Origin: Caldisericia bacterium
GTDB taxonomy: Bacteria > Caldisericota > Caldisericia > JAAYUI01
DNA length: 64,000 nucleotides
Direction: 5' to 3'
NCBI GenBank assembly: GCA_040768585.1
Contig: JAXGMQ010000001.1
Span: 1,675,224-1,739,223, forward strand
The notes under the pieces are model-generated. The model did not search any database and was not told the origin of the DNA. It saw nothing but the letters and a program-made list of their open reading frames with translations. The translations under genes were made by a program, and so were the position numbers. Numbering within the stretch: the first letter of the stretch is position 1; every line of letters starts with the position of its first letter. Shown in pieces: positions 54,554 through 63,249 of this stretch.

Positions 54554-56833
54554 ATGGAATATGTCGTATTAAGCATCTGTACGGTTTTTGTCGCCTTCGT
54601 TTGGCTGTATTTCTGGCCAAAAAAAATAAACTTCATCACTGATTCGATAGAAAGTTCCATAAAAGCTAATCTAGTTGTGTCTGGGATGATGTGTACTGGG
54701 TGCGCTGCAAATATTTCGAAAACACTTGATGGAATCGATGGTGTCAAGAACATCAGTGTTTCATTTCCAGCATCCCTTGCTTCCTTCGACTATGACCCAT
54801 CAAAAGTCTCACCGACAGATATTATCGCACAGATAAAAAAGACTGGCTATGACGCAATTGATTCGTTGGGTAGTGGAGAAGCCTTGAGAGAGGCCAGAAA
54901 CAGAAAATTGCAGGATTTGAAGAAAACAAAACAGAGAATGGTGTGGGCGTTGGTTCCTGCTATTTCGGTATTTGTTCTGTCAATGTCCATGATGTATTGG
55001 AAAGCACCACACTGGCTGTCCTGGGTCATACTTGGGCTGGCAGTTCTCGTAGTCGCTGTTGCGGGGTGGCATTTCTTTGTTGATGCCTGGAAATCTGCTT
55101 TAAGCAGACAGACTAACATGAGTACTCTTGTATCTACAGGTGTTCTTTCCTCTATTGTCTTTTCTGTTGTGGCACTGCTTCTTCCGCAGCTCGAAGGTGG
55201 AGCGCTCTATGCTGACGGTGCTGTGATGATAGTGATGCTTGTTTCACTTGGGCATTATCTGCGAACGAGGTCTGAGCTTGAGGCGATGAAGGATGTTTTT
55301 GATGTGGCAAGTCTCATGCCTGACATGGCGCACAAAGTTGATGGTGACAATATCGTTGATGTTCCAAGTGAACACCTGAAATCCGGTGATGTTGTTCAGA
55401 TAAGGGTTGGTGAGAGAGCGCCTGCTGATGGAATTGTCGTTTCTGGGGCGTCGGAGTTCAATAATGCCAACATCACCGGTGAGAGCATCCCTGTGCCTGT
55501 AAGCATAGGAAGTGAAGTGTATGCCGGTTCTATCAATGGATTTGGCGCGGTGAACGTAAGATGTGAGAAGGTGGCAGGAGACACAGTCGTTTCGAGGGTC
55601 GTAGGCATGATAGCCTCTGCGCTATCCTCAAAGCCAAAAATCCAGGAGCAGGTCGATAGAATCGCCTCGTTTTTCGTGCCGATAAGTATAACAGCAGCGG
55701 TTGCTGCATTTGCCTTCTGGTATATGGTTGGCAATCCGTCAGTTGCTATTACTGCGGGAATTACAGTGCTTGTGATTTCTTGTCCATGCGCCCTGGGGCT
55801 TGCCACACCTACGGCTTTGTCTGTTGCGTTTGGTATGGCATCAAGAGGGGGAATTCTGGTCAAGAATGCGCAGGCATTTGAAAAGATTGACATGACAAAG
55901 ACCTTTGTCTTTGATAAAACTGGGACACTCACAATAGGAACACCGACTGTCAGAAATGTAGTTACATGTGATATTTCTGAGGAGGAGTTGTTGGAATTTA
56001 CGCTCGCGGCTGAATCTGGCTCTGAGCATGTCCTGGCTGGTGCAATCAGAGAGTTTTCTAGAACCAGAAAGATAAATTCAAGGGAAAGTCAGGACTTTAA
56101 GGCATTGCCTGGACTAGGGGTATCTGCGGTTGTTGATGGGCATACAGTCCACATCGGAAGCCAGAGATTGCTTGAGAGGCTCAAGATAGACCTGTCCCTC
56201 AGGATTGCCGAGTCATTCAAACCCGACGAAGCCGTCTTTTTTGTGATTCGAGATGATAGGATAATCGGAGGATTTGGGCTTGTCGATCCGGTCAAACCCG
56301 ATTCAAAAGAAACAATAGGCTTCCTGAAGAACAGGGGGATTTTGACAGTTCTCCTCTCAGGTGACCGGAGAGAGGTTTGCGAGGAGGTTGCGTCAAATCT
56401 CGGTATTGACGTCGTCTATTCGCAGGTTTTGCCTGAAGAGAAGGTCGAGACGATAAAAGCTCTGAGGGCGAATGGCTTCACAGCCATGATGGGGGACGGC
56501 ATCAACGATGCCGCAGCCTTGGCTGCCGCAGACGTATCCATCGCCCCAAAAAGCGGCACGGGATTGGCTTTGGATGTTGCAGAGATAACACTTCTGACCG
56601 ATGACACCAAAGCCATCAAAACCATTTTCATACTGTCTGGGGCTACCAGAAAAAACATCACCTGGAGCCTTTTCTGGGCTTTTGCCTACAACGCGCTGGC
56701 GATACCAGTTGCCGCTGGTGCGCTCTACGGAATGGGCATACTTCTGAACCCAATGATCGCGTCAGCGGCGATGGCTGCGTCATCCGTCACAGTCGTCCTC
56801 AATGCACTGAGACTCAAGTTTCTGAGGCTATAA
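54554..56833 (+). CDS. copA: Copper-translocating P1B-type ATPase.
   Basis: HMA GMMCTGC. TM6 SCPCALGLATP. DKTGTLT. GDGINDAAAL. TM7 YN and TM8 MAASS signatures of Cu+ pumps. Confidence 0.85.
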   Translation: MEYVVLSICTVFVAFVWLYFWPKKINFITDSIESSIKANLVVSGMMCTGCAANISKTLDGIDGVKNISVSFPASLASFDYDPSKVSPTDIIAQIKKTGYDAIDSLGSGEALREARNRKLQDLKKTKQRMVWALVPAISVFVLSMSMMYWKAPHWLSWVILGLAVLVVAVAGWHFFVDAWKSALSRQTNMSTLVSTGVLSSIVFSVVALLLPQLEGGALYADGAVMIVMLVSLGHYLRTRSELEAMKDVFDVASLMPDMAHKVDGDNIVDVPSEHLKSGDVVQIRVGERAPADGIVVSGASEFNNANITGESIPVPVSIGSEVYAGSINGFGAVNVRCEKVAGDTVVSRVVGMIASALSSKPKIQEQVDRIASFFVPISITAAVAAFAFWYMVGNPSVAITAGITVLVISCPCALGLATPTALSVAFGMASRGGILVKNAQAFEKIDMTKTFVFDKTGTLTIGTPTVRNVVTCDISEEELLEFTLAAESGSEHVLAGAIREFSRTRKINSRESQDFKALPGLGVSAVVDGHTVHIGSQRLLERLKIDLSLRIAESFKPDEAVFFVIRDDRIIGGFGLVDPVKPDSKETIGFLKNRGILTVLLSGDRREVCEEVASNLGIDVVYSQVLPEEKVETIKALRANGFTAMMGDGINDAAALAAADVSIAPKSGTGLALDVAEITLLTDDTKAIKTIFILSGATRKNITWSLFWAFAYNALAIPVAAGALYGMGILLNPMIASAAMAASSVTVVLNALRLKFLRL

Positions 56834-56856
56834 TCCAACGAAGGCAGGTTGAGCCG

Positions 56857-57525
56857 TCAGAACTCCCTTTCTATCTCTGCCACTGACTCATCCTTGATGA
56901 TAAACTCACCTTTGATGTTTTCTGCCGCCTTGTACGCATCGTGTCCTGTTTCGCCATTCCGACCCTTGGCTGCGAATGGTCGACCACGGTTGTAGAATAC
57001 CGCGAGGTCAGGCTCGACATCATCACCAATATACAGCCCGCCCGTGAAAAGAACGGTCATGAGAACCCTCTCCACATTGTCGAAGGTTGCCTTCTCAATT
57101 CTTCTCTCGACCAGGATCCTGTCGAGCAACCTCTGTCTGGCGCTGTACATGTTGTCCATGACACCGCCGATGTGTTCGAGGAGTTCCTTTGGCTTGATGG
57201 GTTTTGTGAAGTAGTCGATGATACCTGATGAAAGCCCTTTTATCATGAGTTCGAGATCGTCTCTAGCTGTTAGAAAGATGAAAGGGATATGGGCGGTTCT
57301 TTTGTCCTCTGTAAGAGCTTTCCTGAACTCAAACCCATCCATCTCTGGCATTAGGATGTCGCAAATAATAAGGTCTGGTGTGCCGTTGGACAAGTCCATG
57401 AGAGCGTTCTGAGCGGACTCGAAGGCGTTCACCTCATAACCCGCTCCCTCAAGCACGGTCTTGATAACATTCACCACTGGTGGCGAGTCATCAATAATCA
57501 TTATCTGACCCTTATTGATATACAT
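56857..57525 (-). CDS. Response regulator: REC domain fused to an uncharacterised ~100 aa C-terminal domain.
   Basis: MIIDDSPPVVNVIK...DLIICDILMPEMDGFEF...TKPIKPKEL. Start at MYINKG with AAGAGAGG RBS. No recognisable DNA-binding output domain. Confidence 0.7.
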   Translation of the reverse strand: MYINKGQIMIIDDSPPVVNVIKTVLEGAGYEVNAFESAQNALMDLSNGTPDLIICDILMPEMDGFEFRKALTEDKRTAHIPFIFLTARDDLELMIKGLSSGIIDYFTKPIKPKELLEHIGGVMDNMYSARQRLLDRILVERRIEKATFDNVERVLMTVLFTGGLYIGDDVEPDLAVFYNRGRPFAAKGRNGETGHDAYKAAENIKGEFIIKDESVAEIEREF

Positions 57526-57539
57526 TATGCCTCTCTTTT

Positions 57540-60500
57540 TTACCAATCAAACCACGGTCTGGTGTATGAGATTGTGATTTTTTTCTCGGCACCATCCCAT
57601 CCGACCTTGGCCCCAAGCAGCTCAGACACAGCTCTGAGCGGAATGAGTGTTCTGCCGCCAACAATCATCGGCGCTGGGTCAACTGTCACTTTTGTGTCCC
57701 ACATGTATCCGTTGGTCTTGTCGATGTATATCTTCAAATACGAGCTTGGTGTCCAAAAAGATACCTCACGGAGACTACCATTCCACCCAACAGACGCTCC
57801 CAATGACTCAGCGAGGAATCTGAATGGTATGACAGTACTACCTTTTCCAACAATCTGAGGGACAACCGATGGGTTAGAGTCGATGATTTTCTCGTTGCCA
57901 TTCACGAAGGCTTTGTTCTTGCCAATCCAAAGAATGATTGTGTTATTGAGGATGTTTGGGGTGCATTTTGCTATGACTTCGGTAGCCGCAGTATCTACCT
58001 TGACACCAAATGTGTATTCGGTGTTGTTTTTTAGGTCTTTGACTGTCAAGCCTGAACTGTTTGTGTCCACCTCTGTCAGCTTATTGCCGTTCATTGTGAT
58101 GATTATCTTTGACGCTGCTTTGAGCTGCTTGTTCGGAAGTTTCCAGACAATCCTTGCTTTGCCATCGCCGGGTGCTGCAAACACGTCATACACATTCTCG
58201 TTTTCGGTTCCCTCGTCTGCCCAGCAGATGACCTTTAAATCAATCTTCTCACCTGTTGTGCTGGTGACCTTGATTGTGTCGTCTCCTCTGGCTTGGGCAT
58301 ATACTGTCACGATTCCAGCATTGGATTCTGTGATTTTGATAACCTTATTGTCTGTTGCTGTAACGGTGAATGAAGAGGAAGAGTTGATTCTGAATGTTCC
58401 TGTTTTGCCCACTCTGATTGGTAGAATGACTGGAGAAGCGCTCATCTTTGTGTCTTTCAAAACACCATCCGTTATCGAAACCCAGACCTGAGCAATCTGG
58501 TCACTCGCATCTTTTATCTCGATTATTGTCGCCTCGGAGCCCTTTACCTCAAAGGTAGCCTTTGCGCCAGTTTGGGAGACTTTTTTGCAAACCGATTCAT
58601 CAAGGGCTTTGAACTCGTATGGTTCCTGGCCATTTACCGCCGCCAGCTCAAACATTGTTCCAACCTTCGCTTTGACTGTTTTTGGTTCAACGTTGAGTGT
58701 GATTGGTGAAACCGGCATTTCATTGATAAGTGGAACCGGCGCTTTCCATTCTGGGAGGTCTCCACCCTTGCCACCTGCACCTGCTGTCTCGATTGGGGAG
58801 GTTCTAGGTGGGTCAAACAAAACTGGCCCAAGGGCGGGTATTCCAGTGCCATCTGAGTTCCAGTCCTCGTTAAAGGGACCGGATGCATCACCCCACCAGG
58901 AATCTGATACCCAGAGGTCATTGCCCGTTATGTTTTCGACGGAATAATCACAATTGTCAAAATTGATTCTTTCAATCATGGGGAGTTTGTTGCTTGTGAC
59001 CTTGATTCCGATTCCAGTTTTTGTCTCTGTTGTGCAGTCTCTTACAACACAATCTGTAATCTCAGGTGATGATGCAATCGATGCGATACCAGATGATGCG
59101 GATTTCTCAATCGTGCAATTTTTTATTTTCACTCTCTCATCAACAGGGGTGAATGCGCCAATCTTCAGAGCTCCATTGAGTGTTTCACCGCCAGCATATC
59201 TGATGACGGTGTGTTCGAGTGTGCAGTCTCCACACGAACCATCGAACTCAATCTGGCCGAGGTCGCCTGGTTTTGCGAGGGTGTTTGTGTCGTTGACATT
59301 GGAGTCACCACCGGCTGTGTCATCGGATATGGATGTGATATAGACAGGAGCCTCTGCGGTTCCCTTTGTGTTGAAGGTGCCAGCGATATAGAACGAACCG
59401 TTTGTCTTGATGACATTGCCAGCTTCGAGTGTTAGGTTACCTTCCTTATCTATCGTGAAGCTTTCATCAAGAATGTATGGGAATTCGGCATTCCAGACCT
59501 TTTTATCTTTGAGTCTGCCCTTCCTGATGTAGATACCGGCGTAACCACCGTCAAGCTTGGTGCCGATTTCAGAAACCTTTGTGCCCTGTGTCAGAAGGTC
59601 AACCTCTGGCTGGATATTGAAAAGATTCGTGCATCTTTCAATCTTTGTGTTTATCAGTGTAATCTTTGCTTCACGCTCAGCTCTCAATGCCCATCCACTG
59701 TTTTTGTTTGCGCAGTCCGAGATCGAGCAGTTGAGCAGACCAACATCACCTGAGCGTACGGTGACACCAGCCCCAAGAGAGTGTCTTATTTCACAATTAA
59801 TCAGCACCTGTTTGTTGCTTTTGTTTGGGGCTTGCCCAAGATGGATTGTTCCATAGTTACCAGAACCGCCATAGAGGAACTTACAGTTTTTAAAAACGGA
59901 CAGTCCTTCTGTTTCAGCGCACTGCACTCCGCGGTTGAGGTGCTCCTCTGGCTTTGTCAGATTTTCATCACCGTTGCTGTCGCCACCGTGAGCGTCATCG
60001 GTAAGACACGTGAAAATGATTGGTTTGTCCTCCGAGCCGATTGCGATGATTTTGCCAAACACGCTAAACAGGTCGCCGTATTTTACGACAACACCTGGCA
60101 TGAGCCTGAGGGTTACTCCCTGCTTGATGCCGATTGTGTCTGGGATGTAGTGAACGAGTTCGGAGTTCCAGATGGTGTCTGTCTCCATCTGAGATGTGAC
60201 TTCCTGATCCTGGAAATAAATAACATTGTATCTATTGTTCTCTATTTTGAGGTCATAGACGCTTGGGTAGGAGGAGCTGTCTGTGATAATTGCATAGGTC
60301 GAATCTGTGAGTTCACAGTTATAGATGATTGGTTTTGATCTGCTTCGGAGGGTGACACATGCGCCGAGTTCTGGGTTTGTGTTGTTCTTGATTTTACAGT
60401 TGTAAATGGAGGGAGATGAATCCTGCATCCAGATGCCTGCCGTTTGAGAGTAGGTTATCTCGCAGTCAAACATCTTGATCCTCTTGTCGACTCCACCTGC

Positions 60501-61574
60501 TGCGCCAAACTTGATTGTCGCCCATCCGGCTCCCTGGTCACCAAGTCCTCCGCCGTATGAGAAATTGACATTTGTGAACAAACATTCTCCGGCATCACCG
60601 GTGAGTTCAATGTGTCCCCAGTCACCAGGTTTGGCAGTTGTCGTGCTGCCGTCGCCGTTTGTGTCCCCACCGATAGAGTCATTCATCAGAGATGTCCAGT
60701 AAATTGGTTCATCGGCGGTACCTCTAATGTTGAGGTTGCCATAGACGCTTATCAGACTCGATGTCTTTATGACGGCTCCCTTTTGTATCAGAAGAGAGCC
60801 GGTTTTTCCAACGATAAATTTTTCTTTGATAATGTATGGAAGTGTCGCATCAAGAATGATTTCCTTGTCGATAGAGCCTGAGCCCAGCACTATTCCATTG
60901 TATCCGCAGTCGCTGGCTTTGTTGCCAAGCATGTGTGGGTTGGAGCTCAGGTCAGTCCAGATGGCGGTGTTACAACGCTGAATTGTGCAACTTGTGATCG
61001 AGGGATTGGAGTCCTGCTGAATCCAGATTCCAACACCGTACCTAGAATCGTTGCAGTCCGTCACTGTGCATTCTCTTATGACAGCCTGGGCTGAAGCCAT
61101 CCAGATACCTTGGGAGGCAGAGTGTCTGACCGTGCAGGAATCAAGCCTCACTCTGTCGTCGATTCCGTTGCCTGATGAGAACTTGACTGTGCCCCAGCTG
61201 CCCTTGCCGCCGTACTCGAAAATGACATTTGAGAGCATGGACTTACCGCAGGTATCGGGGAACTCGATGAATCCCCAATCACCAGGCTTCTTGTTCTCCT
61301 GCGCGGATGTGAAGACGATTGGGTCACTCTCGGAACCGATTGCAATGATTGTTCCTTTTACTCCGATGTTGCCACCCATCTTTATGATTGTACCTGGCGC
61401 GATTGTAAGGGTCGCAGTTGGGGCGATGTAGAAACCTTCGCTCATATCAACAACGCCTGTCCATGTGGTCGAGGTAAGGACTGTGTGTGGAGCTGCGGAC
61501 GCTTCTGGCAGCGGGGCATAGGCGAACAACAATGCAAGACACAGCAACAGCGCCGTGTATTTCGTAAATTTCAT
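57540..61574 (-). CDS. Giant secreted right-handed parallel beta-helix (PbH1 repeat) protein with C-terminal Ig-like modules and copper-amine-oxidase-N-terminal-like stalk repeats.
   Basis: Signal peptide MKFTKYTALLLCLALLFAYA with AGGAGG RBS. Many repeats of the C.I..N...G..L type (NosD/pectate-lyase-like). C-terminus ...VIPFRFLAESLGASVGWNGS...LIPLRAVSELLGAKVGWDG. Confidence 0.75.
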   Translation of the reverse strand: MKFTKYTALLLCLALLFAYAPLPEASAAPHTVLTSTTWTGVVDMSEGFYIAPTATLTIAPGTIIKMGGNIGVKGTIIAIGSESDPIVFTSAQENKKPGDWGFIEFPDTCGKSMLSNVIFEYGGKGSWGTVKFSSGNGIDDRVRLDSCTVRHSASQGIWMASAQAVIRECTVTDCNDSRYGVGIWIQQDSNPSITSCTIQRCNTAIWTDLSSNPHMLGNKASDCGYNGIVLGSGSIDKEIILDATLPYIIKEKFIVGKTGSLLIQKGAVIKTSSLISVYGNLNIRGTADEPIYWTSLMNDSIGGDTNGDGSTTTAKPGDWGHIELTGDAGECLFTNVNFSYGGGLGDQGAGWATIKFGAAGGVDKRIKMFDCEITYSQTAGIWMQDSSPSIYNCKIKNNTNPELGACVTLRSRSKPIIYNCELTDSTYAIITDSSSYPSVYDLKIENNRYNVIYFQDQEVTSQMETDTIWNSELVHYIPDTIGIKQGVTLRLMPGVVVKYGDLFSVFGKIIAIGSEDKPIIFTCLTDDAHGGDSNGDENLTKPEEHLNRGVQCAETEGLSVFKNCKFLYGGSGNYGTIHLGQAPNKSNKQVLINCEIRHSLGAGVTVRSGDVGLLNCSISDCANKNSGWALRAEREAKITLINTKIERCTNLFNIQPEVDLLTQGTKVSEIGTKLDGGYAGIYIRKGRLKDKKVWNAEFPYILDESFTIDKEGNLTLEAGNVIKTNGSFYIAGTFNTKGTAEAPVYITSISDDTAGGDSNVNDTNTLAKPGDLGQIEFDGSCGDCTLEHTVIRYAGGETLNGALKIGAFTPVDERVKIKNCTIEKSASSGIASIASSPEITDCVVRDCTTETKTGIGIKVTSNKLPMIERINFDNCDYSVENITGNDLWVSDSWWGDASGPFNEDWNSDGTGIPALGPVLFDPPRTSPIETAGAGGKGGDLPEWKAPVPLINEMPVSPITLNVEPKTVKAKVGTMFELAAVNGQEPYEFKALDESVCKKVSQTGAKATFEVKGSEATIIEIKDASDQIAQVWVSITDGVLKDTKMSASPVILPIRVGKTGTFRINSSSSFTVTATDNKVIKITESNAGIVTVYAQARGDDTIKVTSTTGEKIDLKVICWADEGTENENVYDVFAAPGDGKARIVWKLPNKQLKAASKIIITMNGNKLTEVDTNSSGLTVKDLKNNTEYTFGVKVDTAATEVIAKCTPNILNNTIILWIGKNKAFVNGNEKIIDSNPSVVPQIVGKGSTVIPFRFLAESLGASVGWNGSLREVSFWTPSSYLKIYIDKTNGYMWDTKVTVDPAPMIVGGRTLIPLRAVSELLGAKVGWDGAEKKITISYTRPWFDW

Positions 61575-61614
61575 TCTTACGACCTCCTGTTTGACCTCTA
61601 GTTTAGTCACATAT

Positions 61615-61648
61615 GGGATACCCGGCAAGAATTGGATAAGTTTACATG
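61615..61648. promoter_or_regulatory. Conserved ~34-nt element (copy A) upstream of esterase paralog 1.
   Basis: GGGATACCCGGCAAGAATTGGATAAGTTTACATG. Near-identical copy at 63107-63140. Confidence 0.4.
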
Positions 61649-61770
61649 AAATTCTTTTCGTGAATTCGACCCATAAGATGTTACAATCAAACTGCAGAAG
61701 ATGTGACAAAAACAGATTTTTATGCGTATATTTTCTTGCAAGGGAAGTATTCTAACTTTGGAGGTGAGTT

Positions 61771-62940
61771 GTGAGGAAGATGCTGTCTGTCGGAATTGTG
61801 ATAGCACTCATATCAACTGTTTTTCTTATGGGAAATCCTGTCTCAGGTGTGGCAACAGTTTGGAAACTCGGTGATAGAGTTGTTCCAGGACCACTCCCAC
61901 CTAATTCGTATGCGGGTCTGCCAAAATCTGAGAGAATACTGGACATCAAATATGGTGATGAGTCAGAATGGCAAGTATTTGATTTTGCTCGTCCAGTTGT
62001 GTGTGAAGGACAAACAATCCCGCTTGTTATCTTTTTTCATGGTGATGGATTCTCACATCGAGTCACAAAAGATGGTGGCCTAAGAAATCCGCCATCAATT
62101 CAATTTCTCCAGCTTGGCTTTGCTGTTGCGTCAGTTGATTACAGAGTGATCGATGACGCAGCGTTTCCAGCCTTGGTACATGATTGTAAGTTGGCAGTCA
62201 GATATTTTAGAAAAAATGCTGACGAATTTGGGATTGACCCAGATAGAATCGCAGTATGGGGAAGTTCTATGGGTGGTTATCTTTCGGCATTTTTGGGGTA
62301 TGTGAATGATGACGATGGTTTTGAGGGCATTGGTCTTGAAGATGTTTCGAGTTCAGTTTCAGTAATTGTTGATTATTTTGGAGTAAAAGCCGTTGGCAGA
62401 ATTGACACGAAACAAGCTGTACCAAATAGACCGAGATTTGTAGGAGAAAAAGCAGAAACACCAGAGTTTAAGGAAAAGGCATTCAAAGCATCGCCCATAA
62501 ACTATGTGGATGAAAATGATCCTCCAACTCTCATGATTCATGGTAACAAGGATACAAAAGTGAATTATGAACAAAGCATACTTTTCGCTCAAAAGAATTT
62601 CGAAGTGGGCAACAATGTGGCGCTAATCAAGGTAGAAAATGCCGAACATGGATTTGACCCAGTCCCTGCTGATGCGGTAATTTCACCACCAAATGAAAGA
62701 ATATGGTTTGCAACAGTTGCCCATATTGCAAGGTATGTTGAGCCAGATGTTTTTGGCGATATCAACCTTGATGGCAAAAAGAACATAGATGACCTATTAG
62801 AGTTTGCAAAAGTCTATGGTTTATCAGGAACGGATGAATTTGGTAATTCCACATCGGCATATTGGAATCCACTTGCAGACCTTGAACCTGATGGAAAGAT
62901 TGACATCAAAGATTGGAACAAATTCAAGGAGATTTTCTAA
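61771..62940 (+). CDS. Secreted alpha/beta-hydrolase (esterase/lipase, GxSxG = GSSMG) with a C-terminal dockerin module.
   Basis: Signal peptide. HGDGF oxyanion region. WGSSMGGYLS nucleophile elbow. C-terminal DINLDGKKNIDD ...(22 aa)... DLEPDGKIDIKD, two calcium-binding dockerin repeats. Confidence 0.75.
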   Translation: MRKMLSVGIVIALISTVFLMGNPVSGVATVWKLGDRVVPGPLPPNSYAGLPKSERILDIKYGDESEWQVFDFARPVVCEGQTIPLVIFFHGDGFSHRVTKDGGLRNPPSIQFLQLGFAVASVDYRVIDDAAFPALVHDCKLAVRYFRKNADEFGIDPDRIAVWGSSMGGYLSAFLGYVNDDDGFEGIGLEDVSSSVSVIVDYFGVKAVGRIDTKQAVPNRPRFVGEKAETPEFKEKAFKASPINYVDENDPPTLMIHGNKDTKVNYEQSILFAQKNFEVGNNVALIKVENAEHGFDPVPADAVISPPNERIWFATVAHIARYVEPDVFGDINLDGKKNIDDLLEFAKVYGLSGTDEFGNSTSAYWNPLADLEPDGKIDIKDWNKFKEIF

Positions 62941-63106
62941 AGCTAAAAAACTGCAAATAGAAATATCAAATCAGGTTCACAAAGAATCAGAATCTGCATA
63001 GGTAGTCTGTATGTACATGGCGATAAAAGATATGTAGGTATGATTGAATCAGAAACAACTTGGCTCTGTATATGACAACATTTTTGGAAATAATCATTGG
63101 AAATTC

Positions 63107-63140
63107 GAGATACCCGACAAGAATTGGATTAATTTACCTG
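63107..63140. promoter_or_regulatory. Conserved ~34-nt element (copy B) upstream of esterase paralog 2.
   Basis: GAGATACCCGACAAGAATTGGATTAATTTACCTG. Confidence 0.4.
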
Positions 63141-63249
63141 CGATTAGATATATAAGGCTGTACCTTCCACTGAACTTTTGCTCAAATGAGAATAAGACAA
63201 AACTTGTGTTGTCTGCGTATACTCTAACAAAGACGTAACCTGGAGGAGC

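Noticed and set aside
57562-61431. Numerous + strand ORFs (60-200 aa) inside the giant minus-strand beta-helix gene, and similar antisense ORFs inside 26502..32222 and 51490..54498
   Set aside because: Their translations are low-complexity and lack RBS. They lie wholly within well-supported long genes and are shadow ORFs.
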